The notes: generated from the letters alone by a model not told the origin. A DNA stretch of 50,514 bases from a virus (IMGVR_UViG_3300034001_000012:1-50514); one strand, 5' to 3'. Positions 36,686 to 46,399 are shown, numbered from the stretch's first letter. Program-made: numbers and translations.

Positions 36686-38056
36686 TTAGGCGGCGACTTT
36701 CTGAACCTTCAGTCTCCAGTCTTCGACGACCTGACCGCCGAAGCGGACGCGGCCCAGAAGCACTATCTGGTTCTCCTCGGCGTAGCGCTCGCGCAAGACC
36801 TGGATGGTGAAGCCGATGCGGTTGACAAGATAGTAGCCCTTGGCGTCGCCGAAGATAAGCGGGAAGGCATTGGCTGCCACGTCCGGCATGAAGCCGCTCC
36901 AGATGTACGGATAACCGTTGACCTCTTTGAAGCGACCCGAAGCGAGGCCCTGGTCTCCAGCGCCGTAGGTGACGAGCGGGCGTCCGTCCGAATCCTTCAG
37001 CTTACGAATCGCCTTGCCCGTGTTGGTCTTGTTGAAGTACAGCTTCGCATTCTCGTCATACTGCTCAGGCAAGCTTTCCGTCAGGTCGATGAGACCATCG
37101 CCCGTGACCAGGTTAGCGTCGCCGGTCTTGACGATCGCCGGCTGGTTCGCGCCACCCGGATTCATGAGGATGCCGGCGGGCTGGCCCTGGCCGCTGCCGT
37201 TGATGATCATGTCATCTTTGAGCAGTGCAATCGTCTCGAAGAACTTGCCGCTAGCCCAGGAGACGAGCGGGAAAGCCGAATCCTCAATCATGTCGAGCGT
37301 CAGAGGCAGGCTCATCATCGCCGTGTGGACGGGGATGCGAACCTGGCCGAATGCGGGATCTGTGACGCGGTGCGCGGTCGCGCTCGAAGGGAGTTCGCCC
37401 GTCCAGGTCACACGCATGCCCGTGGTGTACTTGTTGTCTGCCGTATAGTTGACCTTGGAGATGTTGAGATTGTCGCGGCTGGTTTGCAGCTGCTCAACCA
37501 GGCCCAGGATGCGGGTCGGCGTAGGCTTCCTCTCAATGATGCCCATCTGTATGTCGTCGGGCGCGATGAATCCGCCCGCCGAATCCACTCCCTCCTGGAG
37601 CGTCTTGCGCTGGCTGGAGGTCAGGTTCTCATAACCCTTGCGCAGATAGTCACGGTAGGAACGCTTGTAATCGAGGGTGGAGATGGCCGCAAGCTGCTTG
37701 CTGTCTAAACCCAGTTCGCCCTCCTCGTAGACGGCTGCCAGCGTCTTGCGGTCGATGACCGTATCACCGGCGGGCTGGAAGCCCTCGAACTTGACTTCGC
37801 CGGGCGTGCCGGCCGAATGGCGCAAGCTGCCGGGCGCAGGCTCGTCGTTCAGCTTCTTCAGCTCGGCCTCGTTCTGATCGGCGAAAGCCTCGCGTTCCTC
37901 GGCCTTGGCGCGGTCGGCCTGTATGCCTTTAATCTCTCCGATGAGAGTGTCGGATTCCTGAAGCTCCGCTTCAGTGGCGTCCGTCTTCGCCAAAATCTCC
38001 TGCACGCGGGCGCGCTTTGTCGCCTCTTGCTGTGCTAACAGTTGTGATCTTTTCAC
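36686..38056 (-). CDS. Major capsid protein, HK97 fold with delta domain
   Basis: Coiled-coil N-terminus, GGFIAP, NGSGQGQPAGI, LKDSDGRP, FGD. Confidence 0.97.
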   Translation of the reverse strand: MKRSQLLAQQEATKRARVQEILAKTDATEAELQESDTLIGEIKGIQADRAKAEEREAFADQNEAELKKLNDEPAPGSLRHSAGTPGEVKFEGFQPAGDTVIDRKTLAAVYEEGELGLDSKQLAAISTLDYKRSYRDYLRKGYENLTSSQRKTLQEGVDSAGGFIAPDDIQMGIIERKPTPTRILGLVEQLQTSRDNLNISKVNYTADNKYTTGMRVTWTGELPSSATAHRVTDPAFGQVRIPVHTAMMSLPLTLDMIEDSAFPLVSWASGKFFETIALLKDDMIINGSGQGQPAGILMNPGGANQPAIVKTGDANLVTGDGLIDLTESLPEQYDENAKLYFNKTNTGKAIRKLKDSDGRPLVTYGAGDQGLASGRFKEVNGYPYIWSGFMPDVAANAFPLIFGDAKGYYLVNRIGFTIQVLRERYAEENQIVLLGRVRFGGQVVEDWRLKVQKVAA

Positions 38057-38154
38057 GGTTCAATTCCTCTTGGGTTGGAGCCCGCGCGGGGTGTGCCAGG
38101 GATGGCAGCGCCGGGCTAAGATTAGGTGGGATAGCGTCCCCGGCCTGGGGAGTA

Positions 38155-39723
38155 CTATTCTTGCGGGACGGCGATGCCAACATTCGCCGCTTCTGTGATC
38201 AAAAAGTCTCTTCGAAGCTTCAACGCACGTTCGGAAGTGTCTGACTTCGGCTTGGGCTCCGCATCTTTGCAGAGCGCATCCATGTCGTCATGTACCTGCT
38301 GCATCGCCTCGCTTGCTTCCTTGATGCGTGTCATCGCTGACTGCATCCGCTCGCGGTTGGCGGCGCTGATCGTACGTCCCTCTTTAACGCGGTAAGCTTG
38401 AATCGATCTGCCGCGTGTGACGAACTCCTTTACGGTAGCAAGCACCTTATCGGAGTGAACCGCGAACTTCAGCCCGGCAAGCAGGCCGTGTTGTGCGGAT
38501 AAAGATTCTTCCTCTTTGAACTCCGCATTCGCTTTCCCGTCGCTCAGATACATGTAAGGCGAGCAGGACGATTGCGGATAACCCGAGAGCGGGATGATGG
38601 TGCGCTCTTCGCCTATGACAATGGCGAGAGCATCGAACCTCAGAGCTATCGGTTGAAACTTTTCTATCTTGGGAGGCTCAGCGTTCGCTTCGACATAAGC
38701 GAGCGTGATGTGCGGGTCAAAGCCGTGGTCTCTGCGCGGTGCCACACCAGCGCATTCCAGGACGTATGCAACCCAGCAGTAGAGCTCCGCCAGCCCCGGC
38801 ATGTCCACGCTGGCATAGAGCACCGATTTGTTGTCGGAGTTCTTTGTCGGGCTGAAGGTGCCAAGCCCTGAGACGCGCCCAGTGAGCGGCGTACGCCACG
38901 AAGCTAGGTCTTTCACGGCCACCATAGCCTTGGCGACCGTCATGTCGTCGAGTGCCGCCACGTCGCCGCAATAGCAGAGCGTCAGGTGGAGCTGGTCTGC
39001 CGCTTCCCCGCCCTCCAGGGCGAGGGCCTGCGCAGATTCAGGAGACAGGAAGAAGCCGACGAACAGGCCCGTGTGCTCGGCACCGGCTGCGGCATTGCTG
39101 AACGCGCCCTTGACTTCCGTCACCGCAGCTTTAGGCTCGGCGCCGACGCTCACGATTGAGACCTCGTACAGCTTGACCTTGAGCAGCAGGCGGACGCGCG
39201 CCGTTCTTTTCAGGCGCTCGATGATTTCGGGCGTCGGATTTTTGACGTACTCAATCGCCTCGAAGCCTGTCACATAACGCCACTCTTCGGCGACGTAGCC
39301 GATGGAGAGCTTGACGGATTTGCCTTTATCGAGCCGGTTCTTAACCTTCAGGCGAACTTGCTGCGCGTCGTCGGTCGGATGGAACTCTGATCGGATGAAA
39401 AGACCCTGCTCGTCTTCGTGAGCGTCAACGATGATTCCTATCTCATCTTTAATCCCCCAGTCGTGATCAGGAGCTGTCCAGCCCGCCTGGATGAACTCTG
39501 CCAGCGATTCCTTGAAGCAGCCTGCGACCGTAATGTCGTCGTAAGAGTCCAGGCTGCCCAAATTGTTGCCGTAACCCTCGAAGCCTCCATGCCCGTCAGC
39601 CAGCGCTTTGAACGGCGCCAGGTCAACGAACTTATATTCACGTGTAGACTGCTCGGTGGCCTTCTGCGAAAAGATTTTCTTTGTGGAGTCGGACATGAAT
39701 TTACTCTTGCGGGTGACAGCCAA
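38155..39723 (-). CDS. HK97-type prohead protease fused to Acb1-like 2H phosphoesterase
   Basis: FEGY, DSYDD, DHD, LSIGY, LYEVSIV protease motifs; HLTL and HITL motifs; GRTISAAN tail; start may be 39696. Confidence 0.9.
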   Translation of the reverse strand: MAVTRKSKFMSDSTKKIFSQKATEQSTREYKFVDLAPFKALADGHGGFEGYGNNLGSLDSYDDITVAGCFKESLAEFIQAGWTAPDHDWGIKDEIGIIVDAHEDEQGLFIRSEFHPTDDAQQVRLKVKNRLDKGKSVKLSIGYVAEEWRYVTGFEAIEYVKNPTPEIIERLKRTARVRLLLKVKLYEVSIVSVGAEPKAAVTEVKGAFSNAAAGAEHTGLFVGFFLSPESAQALALEGGEAADQLHLTLCYCGDVAALDDMTVAKAMVAVKDLASWRTPLTGRVSGLGTFSPTKNSDNKSVLYASVDMPGLAELYCWVAYVLECAGVAPRRDHGFDPHITLAYVEANAEPPKIEKFQPIALRFDALAIVIGEERTIIPLSGYPQSSCSPYMYLSDGKANAEFKEEESLSAQHGLLAGLKFAVHSDKVLATVKEFVTRGRSIQAYRVKEGRTISAANRERMQSAMTRIKEASEAMQQVHDDMDALCKDAEPKPKSDTSERALKLRRDFLITEAANVGIAVPQE

Positions 39724-39790
39724 GTTGGTTCAATTAGGTAGGTCGTGGGCGGCACTGAAGGGAAAGGAGGCCGCCCGAGGTTCGTGGGTG

Positions 39791-39839
39791 ATTATGAGAA
39801 AATTTCAGGAATTGGCAATTCTCCGAACGTCACTTGAAG
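39791..39839 (-). promoter_or_regulatory. Putative late promoter for head operon
   Basis: TTGCCA-N16-CATAAT; 25-bp box 39815-39839 identical to 47592-47616. Confidence 0.7.
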
Positions 39840-39856
39840 CGGTGGAGGCATGCGGA

Positions 39857-40090
39857 TTAAGACTTCTCTATCAATTCGTAAATATCTGCGTATTCGACCG
39901 GCTCAACCCAGTCATTACAGCAGAGGCAACCCCCGTCGTTGGCTCCCGTTAATAAATCTCCTATGAGATATATTTCGCCCGTAGCAGATTTGATTAACAT
40001 TCCAGCATGAAGCTCGATTTCCGCTTCAGGAGTCCACGGGCGCCAGGTCAAGTGGCTTGCCAGCTTTTCATAGTTCTTATCGATTTCCAT
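39857..40090 (-). CDS. Hypothetical protein
   Basis: GGAG RBS. Confidence 0.55.
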   Translation of the reverse strand: MEIDKNYEKLASHLTWRPWTPEAEIELHAGMLIKSATGEIYLIGDLLTGANDGGCLCCNDWVEPVEYADIYELIEKS

Positions 40091-40119
40091 TCAACAGCTC
40101 CGCCTATCACTTTTCTCAA

Positions 40120-40536
40120 TTATACCCGCTTGCGGCCGATGTGGCGCCAGGAGGGGCGCTCGAACTCGGGGATGTAAGCAGCTCCCCAGACCATCAGAGT
40201 TAGCAGCAGACGGTATTTGAATGGATGCCAGTAACGCCGCGCTCGAGTACGCCACCAGTAGTAGAGCCAGAGTAACTTATTCAGCCCGTCCGTGCGGGAA
40301 TATAGGGCACCGTCATAGCACCAGTAAGCTTCATCGTCATCATCGATTAATTTCAGCGGCCACGGCAGAAAGTTGATCTCTTTCGGAAACTCGTCAACGC
40401 TTTGATTGAGTTCGAAACGGAGCGTCTGCCTGTCGATGATGACGGGTAGATTGGCGTCGCCTTCCCATTTGTAGGTGACGTGACGACGGCCGAGAGGCAG
40501 TTGATGCCACGTGGCAATGATGGTTGCGTATTTCAT
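40120..40536 (-). CDS. Hypothetical protein
   Basis: GAGGA RBS. Confidence 0.55.
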   Translation of the reverse strand: MKYATIIATWHQLPLGRRHVTYKWEGDANLPVIIDRQTLRFELNQSVDEFPKEINFLPWPLKLIDDDDEAYWCYDGALYSRTDGLNKLLWLYYWWRTRARRYWHPFKYRLLLTLMVWGAAYIPEFERPSWRHIGRKRV

Positions 40537-40549
40537 TAAGTCCTCTCAC

Positions 40550-41956
40550 TCATGCGGCTAACTTTGCCGGCGTGCCTGTGTCTTCTTCCGGCGGGAGTTC
40601 CTGCTTCGGGGTGGCCTGAGAGAAATAAACATCGTCGCTCGTCTCAACCTTCAGGCCCGCGCGCGAGCGCGCTTCCGAGCGCTTCATCCATCCGCCCTTG
40701 TATGCTGTCGAGAGTCGCGTGTAGAGCTTGTTCTGGTCGTCCTGCAGGACGCGCACCTGCGTCAGGTCATGGCGCAGGTTGCGCTTCTTATTTTTTTCGA
40801 ACTCCGGCAGGTACTGGAGGTTGAGCTGCCCGGCGATGATGCGATGCAAGGGGATGACGTATGACTCGTAGGCCGCTTCGCGCATCTCGCCAGCGTTGTG
40901 CATCGTGTTCCGGTCTAAGCCTGCTCCAAAGCCCAGTACGGAGGCCGGAATGCCTATTACTGAGGCTACCCTTTCTTCCGGCACCCGCCGGAGCATCTTC
41001 ATGTCCATCTCCTTCGGGCTGAAGGAGAGCTTATGAATTTCGATACCGACGCCGTTAACGACGGGTTTGCCGCGCTCGTCTCCGGTGGTGCGCCTGACGA
41101 ACTCTTCCTTAATCTTGCTAAGGTCTCCTTCCACGCTGCCTTCTTTGGGGCTGACGGCGAAGGGGAACACGCCAGAGTTCTTCATGATCAGGGCACTGCA
41201 GTTCGCCGCTTCGTTGTCGGCAAATATTTCGCGCAGGAGTGAAGCGAAGTCAGAAAGCCCTTTGCGTGGGTTCTGGGGGTCGATGCCGTTGCGGAAGTGA
41301 ATCATATCCTCGGGCTTTATCTCCCACTCCACGCCGTTGATCAGATAGGCGTAGTGGCTGATATAGACAGAATCATCTCCGACAGGCCAGCGAGGTTCCA
41401 CCAAATAATACGGCAGCGGCCAAATCTGAATCACCTGCCCCTGGCGGTTGCGCACTTTCCAGAAGTAGACGTTCCCGTCAATCATCCAGGAGAGAGAAAA
41501 GAACATCCAGAGGAGTTCGCCTGAGTAGTAAGGGTTGGGCTGCTGGAGCCGCAGGGCGGCTTCGTGGTCTTCAATGATATTAAGGTTTCCCCCGGCATCC
41601 TTTTCAACGACCTGGAGAGGAGCTTCCGGCAGCGTACGCCCCAGCCAATTGACGGCAGCCATCACGAGGGAGCTCTGCTTGAGGTCTCCGACCTCCCGCG
41701 CGTAGTCAATGCCGCTGTTCATGAAGCGGCCGAAGATGGAGAAGAAAAACTTCTCGAAGTTTGAGCCGTAGCCGCCGTCGGCGCCGTAGTGGCGCATCTG
41801 GCTGGCGAAAGCCGATGCTTTTCCGCGCAGCGCAGAAACTGCCGAGGAGAAGCGCTCCTTCACCAGGCCGAACGTGGACTGGGCAGTTTCAACCTCAGAG
41901 GGCGACATGCGCCGCTGCTTCTGTAATTGCTGGTTCCTACTCATGCGATCTCCCAC
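40550..41956 (-). CDS. Portal protein, HK97 family
   Basis: PNPY, DGNVY, MIHFR, RVASVIGIP motifs; follows TerL. Confidence 0.95.
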   Translation of the reverse strand: MGDRMSRNQQLQKQRRMSPSEVETAQSTFGLVKERFSSAVSALRGKASAFASQMRHYGADGGYGSNFEKFFFSIFGRFMNSGIDYAREVGDLKQSSLVMAAVNWLGRTLPEAPLQVVEKDAGGNLNIIEDHEAALRLQQPNPYYSGELLWMFFSLSWMIDGNVYFWKVRNRQGQVIQIWPLPYYLVEPRWPVGDDSVYISHYAYLINGVEWEIKPEDMIHFRNGIDPQNPRKGLSDFASLLREIFADNEAANCSALIMKNSGVFPFAVSPKEGSVEGDLSKIKEEFVRRTTGDERGKPVVNGVGIEIHKLSFSPKEMDMKMLRRVPEERVASVIGIPASVLGFGAGLDRNTMHNAGEMREAAYESYVIPLHRIIAGQLNLQYLPEFEKNKKRNLRHDLTQVRVLQDDQNKLYTRLSTAYKGGWMKRSEARSRAGLKVETSDDVYFSQATPKQELPPEEDTGTPAKLAA

Positions 41957-43332
41957 TTCCTTCTCTTCGGTGTCATCAGCCCGTATCGCACCGAGTCATA
42001 CGGGTCGTCCCCGCCATTGCCTTCCTCGTCAGCGTCAACCTTGAGCACGTCCTCCGGGTTCTTCGGATCGTGCTGCAAGCTTGGAAGGCACTCAATTAGG
42101 CGCGCACACTTGCTTGAAATCTCCCACTTCGGTTCAAGGCCGGCTTCCGAGTCGCCCATCAAATCAAGCAGCAGGGCTGCGCCGTTGACCCGATCATCAT
42201 TCGCCTTCTCCAGCTTGATGCCGCGCTCAAGATACTGATCCGCGATAGTCTTCGCGTTCTCATCCCCACGCTGACTAAAACAATCATCGCCGGCGTAGAA
42301 GCCCTTCAGCCGGTCGAGCGAAACACCGTTGCGCTCCAGCATGGCTTTAATATTGTCAGCATGCTTGGACACGTGAGTCTTTCGCTGGACATATTCGTCG
42401 AGCGTATATTTTTTACCGTCGGCTTCGGCGTGCAGATATACAGCCGTGGGATGCGTGAAGCCGTAGTCGAACGAAGCCCAGACAGTCCAGTTCTCAGGCA
42501 CCTTAAACCAGGGCTTGACCATGCGGTCGTGTTGCCAGTTGGAAAAGAATTGCCCCGCCTCAATGTCCCAGTCGCCATCCATCCAGGCGGCGCGCAACCA
42601 CCCCTTCAAATCTTTAAGGACGTTAACGTAATCACGATTCAGGAAGGCGTTATCTTTATAGGTGGCGAAGATGAAACGCGTATCAACCTCTTGGTTAAGG
42701 CGCGCTGGATTGATGATCCTCCGCTTAAACCATGCATGGCCGATGCCGCCCGGGTTAGTGGTGTAGTAGGTGCGAGGCCTCCAGTCGCTGCGGCTCGTGC
42801 GCACGCAGGTTCGGATGTCCGTAATCTTCTTCTCGGTGAGCTGAGTGGCCTCTTCGATGCCGACGCCGTCATACTCTATTCCGAGATAGGCATCGATGTC
42901 CGATTCGTTACGATAGTGACCCAGCACGATACGGGACTGGTTAGGGAAGAGCAGCAGACCGGCTTGGGTTTTATATTCGTGCGGGGTGTAGCGGAAGATG
43001 CGCCGCCGGAGGTCGTCAAAACTTTCCTTAGCAGATTTGAGCACCTTGCGCAGGAAGAGATATTTGAGGCCGTCACGGCGCTGGCAGTCGTCGAGGCCGA
43101 TTTGAGCGAGCGTGCCGTGCGATTTCGCGCCCCCGCGCGCACCACCAATCCCTACCTGGGTCGGCCCGTCGGGTAGATCACACTCACGCGCTGCGGCGTG
43201 CATGAGCAGCTGCTTGGGCTGCGGGCAATAGCCGGCTCGCAGAAAGTTAACGAGCGCGTCCTTAGGGAGTCCGGCGTTGCGCGCGGCAAACGCCAACCTC
43301 TCAGCCGCCTGTATTTGCGTCGCCGTCGCCAT
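41941..43332 (-). CDS. terL: Terminase large subunit
   Basis: GGARGGAKS, IEEATQL, TTNPGG, FDYGF, DDPYDSVRY; likely start MATATQ. Confidence 0.96.
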   Translation of the reverse strand: MATATQIQAAERLAFAARNAGLPKDALVNFLRAGYCPQPKQLLMHAAARECDLPDGPTQVGIGGARGGAKSHGTLAQIGLDDCQRRDGLKYLFLRKVLKSAKESFDDLRRRIFRYTPHEYKTQAGLLLFPNQSRIVLGHYRNESDIDAYLGIEYDGVGIEEATQLTEKKITDIRTCVRTSRSDWRPRTYYTTNPGGIGHAWFKRRIINPARLNQEVDTRFIFATYKDNAFLNRDYVNVLKDLKGWLRAAWMDGDWDIEAGQFFSNWQHDRMVKPWFKVPENWTVWASFDYGFTHPTAVYLHAEADGKKYTLDEYVQRKTHVSKHADNIKAMLERNGVSLDRLKGFYAGDDCFSQRGDENAKTIADQYLERGIKLEKANDDRVNGAALLLDLMGDSEAGLEPKWEISSKCARLIECLPSLQHDPKNPEDVLKVDADEEGNGGDDPYDSVRYGLMTPKRRKWEIA

Positions 43333-43627
43333 AAATACGATCAATAGCGTCTGCAATAGGCGGCGTGAGATCTTCGCGCTCGTCCTCCTGCTGCTCGACT
43401 CTGGGTACCGGTGTGCCGTAGAGGTAAGATAAAAGGAGCTTACGAGACTCACTGCGCACCCGAAAAGATACGGAGGTTGAGTCCACAACGAGCTGGGTGA
43501 ATATCTTGTCCAGCTCGCCCTTCTTACAAGCTTTAGTAAGTCGCTTATGAAGGTCATCTTCGACCGCTTTACGCTTGCGTCCGGCCCCGGCGCGCGCGCC
43601 TCCACTTTTTCCAGCTACACCTGCCAT
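43301..43627 (-). CDS. terS: Terminase small subunit
   Basis: GKSGGARAGAGRK N-terminus; overlaps terL start. Confidence 0.8.
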   Translation of the reverse strand: MAGVAGKSGGARAGAGRKRKAVEDDLHKRLTKACKKGELDKIFTQLVVDSTSVSFRVRSESRKLLLSYLYGTPVPRVEQQEDEREDLTPPIADAIDRIYGDGDANTGG

Positions 43628-43654
43628 TTGATTTTCATTTGATTATTCAAATGA
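43625..43654. repeat. 30-bp AT-rich element, copy 2, covering terS start
   Basis: CATTTGATTTTCATTTGATTATTCAAATGA. Confidence 0.85.
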
Positions 43655-43656
43655 GC

Positions 43657-44268
43657 TTATATTCGTGCCCCGCACGTCCCACACACGGCCTCTATTTGAG
43701 CCCGCGTGATTAGTGGCTCCATTTGGGCAGCTTCGACCATCAACTGCACATTCGGGTGAACTGCTCCGACGCCATACCTGCGCACTATGGAAATAAATTC
43801 GCTTACGTCATGCGCGCGTTTAACGAGCTTCGGGCGCCCTTCGTCGTCAATAACGGGCTCCCCCTCCTTGTCGAACTTCGGGCGGTAGTGCAGGAGCTCG
43901 TGCTCGACCAGCGCGCAAAAGGCCGCGTCCGAGCACGTGGCCGCGTAGGGGGCGTAGAGCCAGATTCTTGCCTGCGGCACTCGCCCGTGCATGAGACATA
44001 GGTGATCAACCCGCTCGGCTGAAGGCCAGGGTTTCCCGTTCACCTGCACAATCTCCGCCATCCCTGCGACCGGCATCCCACCGTCAATGTATTCAACATT
44101 CGTCCACAAGAAGACGATGTCCGCATTGCGCAGGTGTTCATGTTCGGGATTGATGAGCGGCGAGTCCTCGTTGATAAAGCAAGCCCTTGCCCAGTCAGCC
44201 ACCTCATTAGCAGGTTCTAACTGATAACCGATTTGGTGAAGATGTTCCGGAGGGTGGGGTCTGTTCAT
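43657..44268 (-). CDS. Putative phage metallopeptidase
   Basis: LVEHELLH (HExxH) and HDVSEF..IVRRYG. Confidence 0.8.
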   Translation of the reverse strand: MNRPHPPEHLHQIGYQLEPANEVADWARACFINEDSPLINPEHEHLRNADIVFLWTNVEYIDGGMPVAGMAEIVQVNGKPWPSAERVDHLCLMHGRVPQARIWLYAPYAATCSDAAFCALVEHELLHYRPKFDKEGEPVIDDEGRPKLVKRAHDVSEFISIVRRYGVGAVHPNVQLMVEAAQMEPLITRAQIEAVCGTCGARI

Positions 44269-44274
44269 TAAAGC

Positions 44275-44511
44275 TCAGGCCACTTCGGCTGTGGGCTGCC
44301 ACTGGTTAACAATTTCAATGACTTCCTGCGGCGTGCAGTAGTCGCTGATGATGTAGAGTTTCCTGTCGGGCGAGCGAATGACGCGCGTGCGCAGGGCTGC
44401 GTAGACGTCCCACCCGCGTTGCAGGAGCGCGATAAAAATCGCCATCGTAAGCGCTTCTTTCATTTCAACGATGCTCCGGTTAATAAAGCTAAGGCAGGCG
44501 GCAGAGGTCAC
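44275..44511 (-). CDS. Hypothetical protein
   Basis: In - strand chain; start uncertain. Confidence 0.4.
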   Translation of the reverse strand: MTSAACLSFINRSIVEMKEALTMAIFIALLQRGWDVYAALRTRVIRSPDRKLYIISDYCTPQEVIEIVNQWQPTAEVA

Positions 44512-44583
44512 AAACCTTCAACATGCCGCCTGCCTCGTCGATCCCCCGTTCCTGTAAGGTACTATTCGGGGATGGAAATTGAT

Positions 44584-44895
44584 TTACTGGTAAGTCCGCC
44601 GCAATGATTTGGGAGGGCGACGGCCTTTGCTCGATTGTTTGTAGCTGCGCCACATCTTTTTGGCCATGGCGCGCCGTTCCTTCCGGTTGGCGGTCGGGAC
44701 GATCACGTAACCCGGAGGCGCGGCTGCTCCGTCCGGTATTTCAATTACAGGTGCCTGAGGGGCCGAAGGGGCGCCGTGAAGCTCTATCCCATCCCGGATT
44801 TTGATAATCGGTGGCGCGTTTTCCGCGTAACGTGGGTCATCAGCAGGAGAGAGAGGCTGCGGGTGTAAAGGGATTTCCTCCAGGGGCTGATTCAT
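44584..44895 (-). CDS. Hypothetical protein (NRKERRA motif)
   Basis: In - strand chain. Confidence 0.5.
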   Translation of the reverse strand: MNQPLEEIPLHPQPLSPADDPRYAENAPPIIKIRDGIELHGAPSAPQAPVIEIPDGAAAPPGYVIVPTANRKERRAMAKKMWRSYKQSSKGRRPPKSLRRTYQ

Positions 44896-44904
44896 GGCTG
44901 TGCC

Positions 44905-45336
44905 TTAAGCGTTCAGCCGCGCCGCAGCGCGCTCTGCCCGCCATTTATCTTTCGCCTCTCGGCGCTCGGCGCGCCTGCGCTCTGTACGCGTGCGCGGGTC
45001 TGCCGGGTCTGCCGAGACGACCGAGCGCGCTCTGACGAAGCGAGAGGGAGAATTATCAATCGCCGGCTTATGGGTGCCTTTACGCTTCGCTGCCCTTTTC
45101 GGTCTCCAGTTCGGGTCAGAGGGGCGTGTGCAGATGGTATCCACATCAATCAGGGCTCTTGTGTAGATGCTCAGAATGCCCTGGCGATAGAGATGCTGGC
45201 GCACGGCGCGCGACGGCTTGCCCAGAGTGATCATTTCAGCACCAACTGTCTGCTCCAGCTCTGTCACGCCAGTCGGTGCCAAGGAGACTTCCGCAATCGG
45301 GGCGGCCAAGGGCTGATGAATGGGTGTAGTCTGCAT
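44905..45336 (-). CDS. Basic hypothetical protein
   Basis: AAGGT RBS. Confidence 0.5.
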   Translation of the reverse strand: MQTTPIHQPLAAPIAEVSLAPTGVTELEQTVGAEMITLGKPSRAVRQHLYRQGILSIYTRALIDVDTICTRPSDPNWRPKRAAKRKGTHKPAIDNSPSRFVRARSVVSADPADPRTRTERRRAERREAKDKWRAERAAARLNA

Positions 45337-45347
45337 GCTTACCTTTC

Positions 45348-45719
45348 TTACTTGCGGTCGCGAGTCGTTAAAATCTTGTAGATGTCGTCGATTCTCTGGC
45401 TCGTGACGCCACCCTGCCTTTGAATCACATCCAGTTTGTCGTCGATGGACTTCCAGCGGGCTTCATGCTCCGAGCGCGGCACGATCTGTGACTTGATTTC
45501 ATTGACCTGGCTTTCGCGCGCCCTCTGTTCCGTCTTAGCGTCAGTCTCGACCGAATTCAGCCGGTGGAGCACGTCGCCCTGTGTCGCCCAGACCGTCGCG
45601 GCAGCGAAGATGATGCCGAGCAGGATAGGTGCCAGGACGGAGACGATCAGAGGATGGGCGAGCCACGACATGCTGCGCGGCGCGGCCCCTCTACCCGGAA
45701 TTAAAGCTTCTGACTCCAT
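45348..45719 (-). CDS. N-terminal TM plus coiled-coil lysis-region protein (holin- or i-spanin-like)
   Basis: LIVSVLAPILLGIIFAAATVW then coiled coil. Confidence 0.6.
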   Translation of the reverse strand: MESEALIPGRGAAPRSMSWLAHPLIVSVLAPILLGIIFAAATVWATQGDVLHRLNSVETDAKTEQRARESQVNEIKSQIVPRSEHEARWKSIDDKLDVIQRQGGVTSQRIDDIYKILTTRDRK

Positions 45720-45730
45720 CGTCTTATGTG

Positions 45731-46399
45731 TTAGCCGCGAGCGTATTGCTCTAGCAGGGCTATCTTCTCGGACTCGTAATTGAGCTTGAAGTACTCGCAG
45801 AGCGCACGGTCTGCCGAAGAGGCTGACTTATCAGGCATCTGTGACTTGAGCAGTCTGAGCCTCTTGCCGTCGTATGGCGCGCGGTTCAACGCGAACCCTA
45901 AGCGCAGGTAATAGTCGTTGTAGTTTTCCTGGAAGACGGCGCGGGCTTTAAGCAGTTGGGAAGCGAAAAGTGCGGCCACAACGTCTATGCCAATTCGCAC
46001 CGACGCGAGAATTTTTTGCAGCGTCCTTTGCGTCGCAGGGTCGTTGAATTTGAACTGGAAGATGTTGTTGAATTCAACCAACTCGTCGACGAATCCGCCG
46101 GAGAGTTCGGCCAGACTCGCACCTGACTTGATGCCTTGCTGAAAACGGGTGTTGAAGGCCGCGTATGAGTTGCTAAAGGCGGAAACTTTTTGAGAAAGTT
46201 CTCTGGCCTCATCTTCCGTGTATTTGACGCCTGCGGCGGCAAGCTGCGCGGGGATGTCGACGCCGGAGAGAAACTGCACGACCGCGTTGCTCTTCTGGGC
46301 TGCCTGCGCCAGTTCCGAGCGGCTGCACGCCACCGTGTTAAATACCATCAAGGTCACGAGCACGAGCGCGAGGCACATGCGTGCGAAAGTCCTGTTCAT
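45731..46399 (-). CDS. Lipoprotein in lysis cassette (spanin candidate)
   Basis: Hydrophobic leader ending in lipobox TVAC. Confidence 0.6.
   Translation of the reverse strand: MNRTFARMCLALVLVTLMVFNTVACSRSELAQAAQKSNAVVQFLSGVDIPAQLAAAGVKYTEDEARELSQKVSAFSNSYAAFNTRFQQGIKSGASLAELSGGFVDELVEFNNIFQFKFNDPATQRTLQKILASVRIGIDVVAALFASQLLKARAVFQENYNDYYLRLGFALNRAPYDGKRLRLLKSQMPDKSASSADRALCEYFKLNYESEKIALLEQYARG

Noticed and set aside
27595-37708. Long + strand ORFs (356, 418, 466 aa and others) opposite TMP and capsid
   Set aside because: Antisense shadows of GC-rich genes with no motifs
43333-43605. N-terminal extension of TerL in the ORF track (likewise mob to 15316, NlpC to 25420)
   Set aside because: Overlap other genes or sites; downstream ATGs fit family N-termini better
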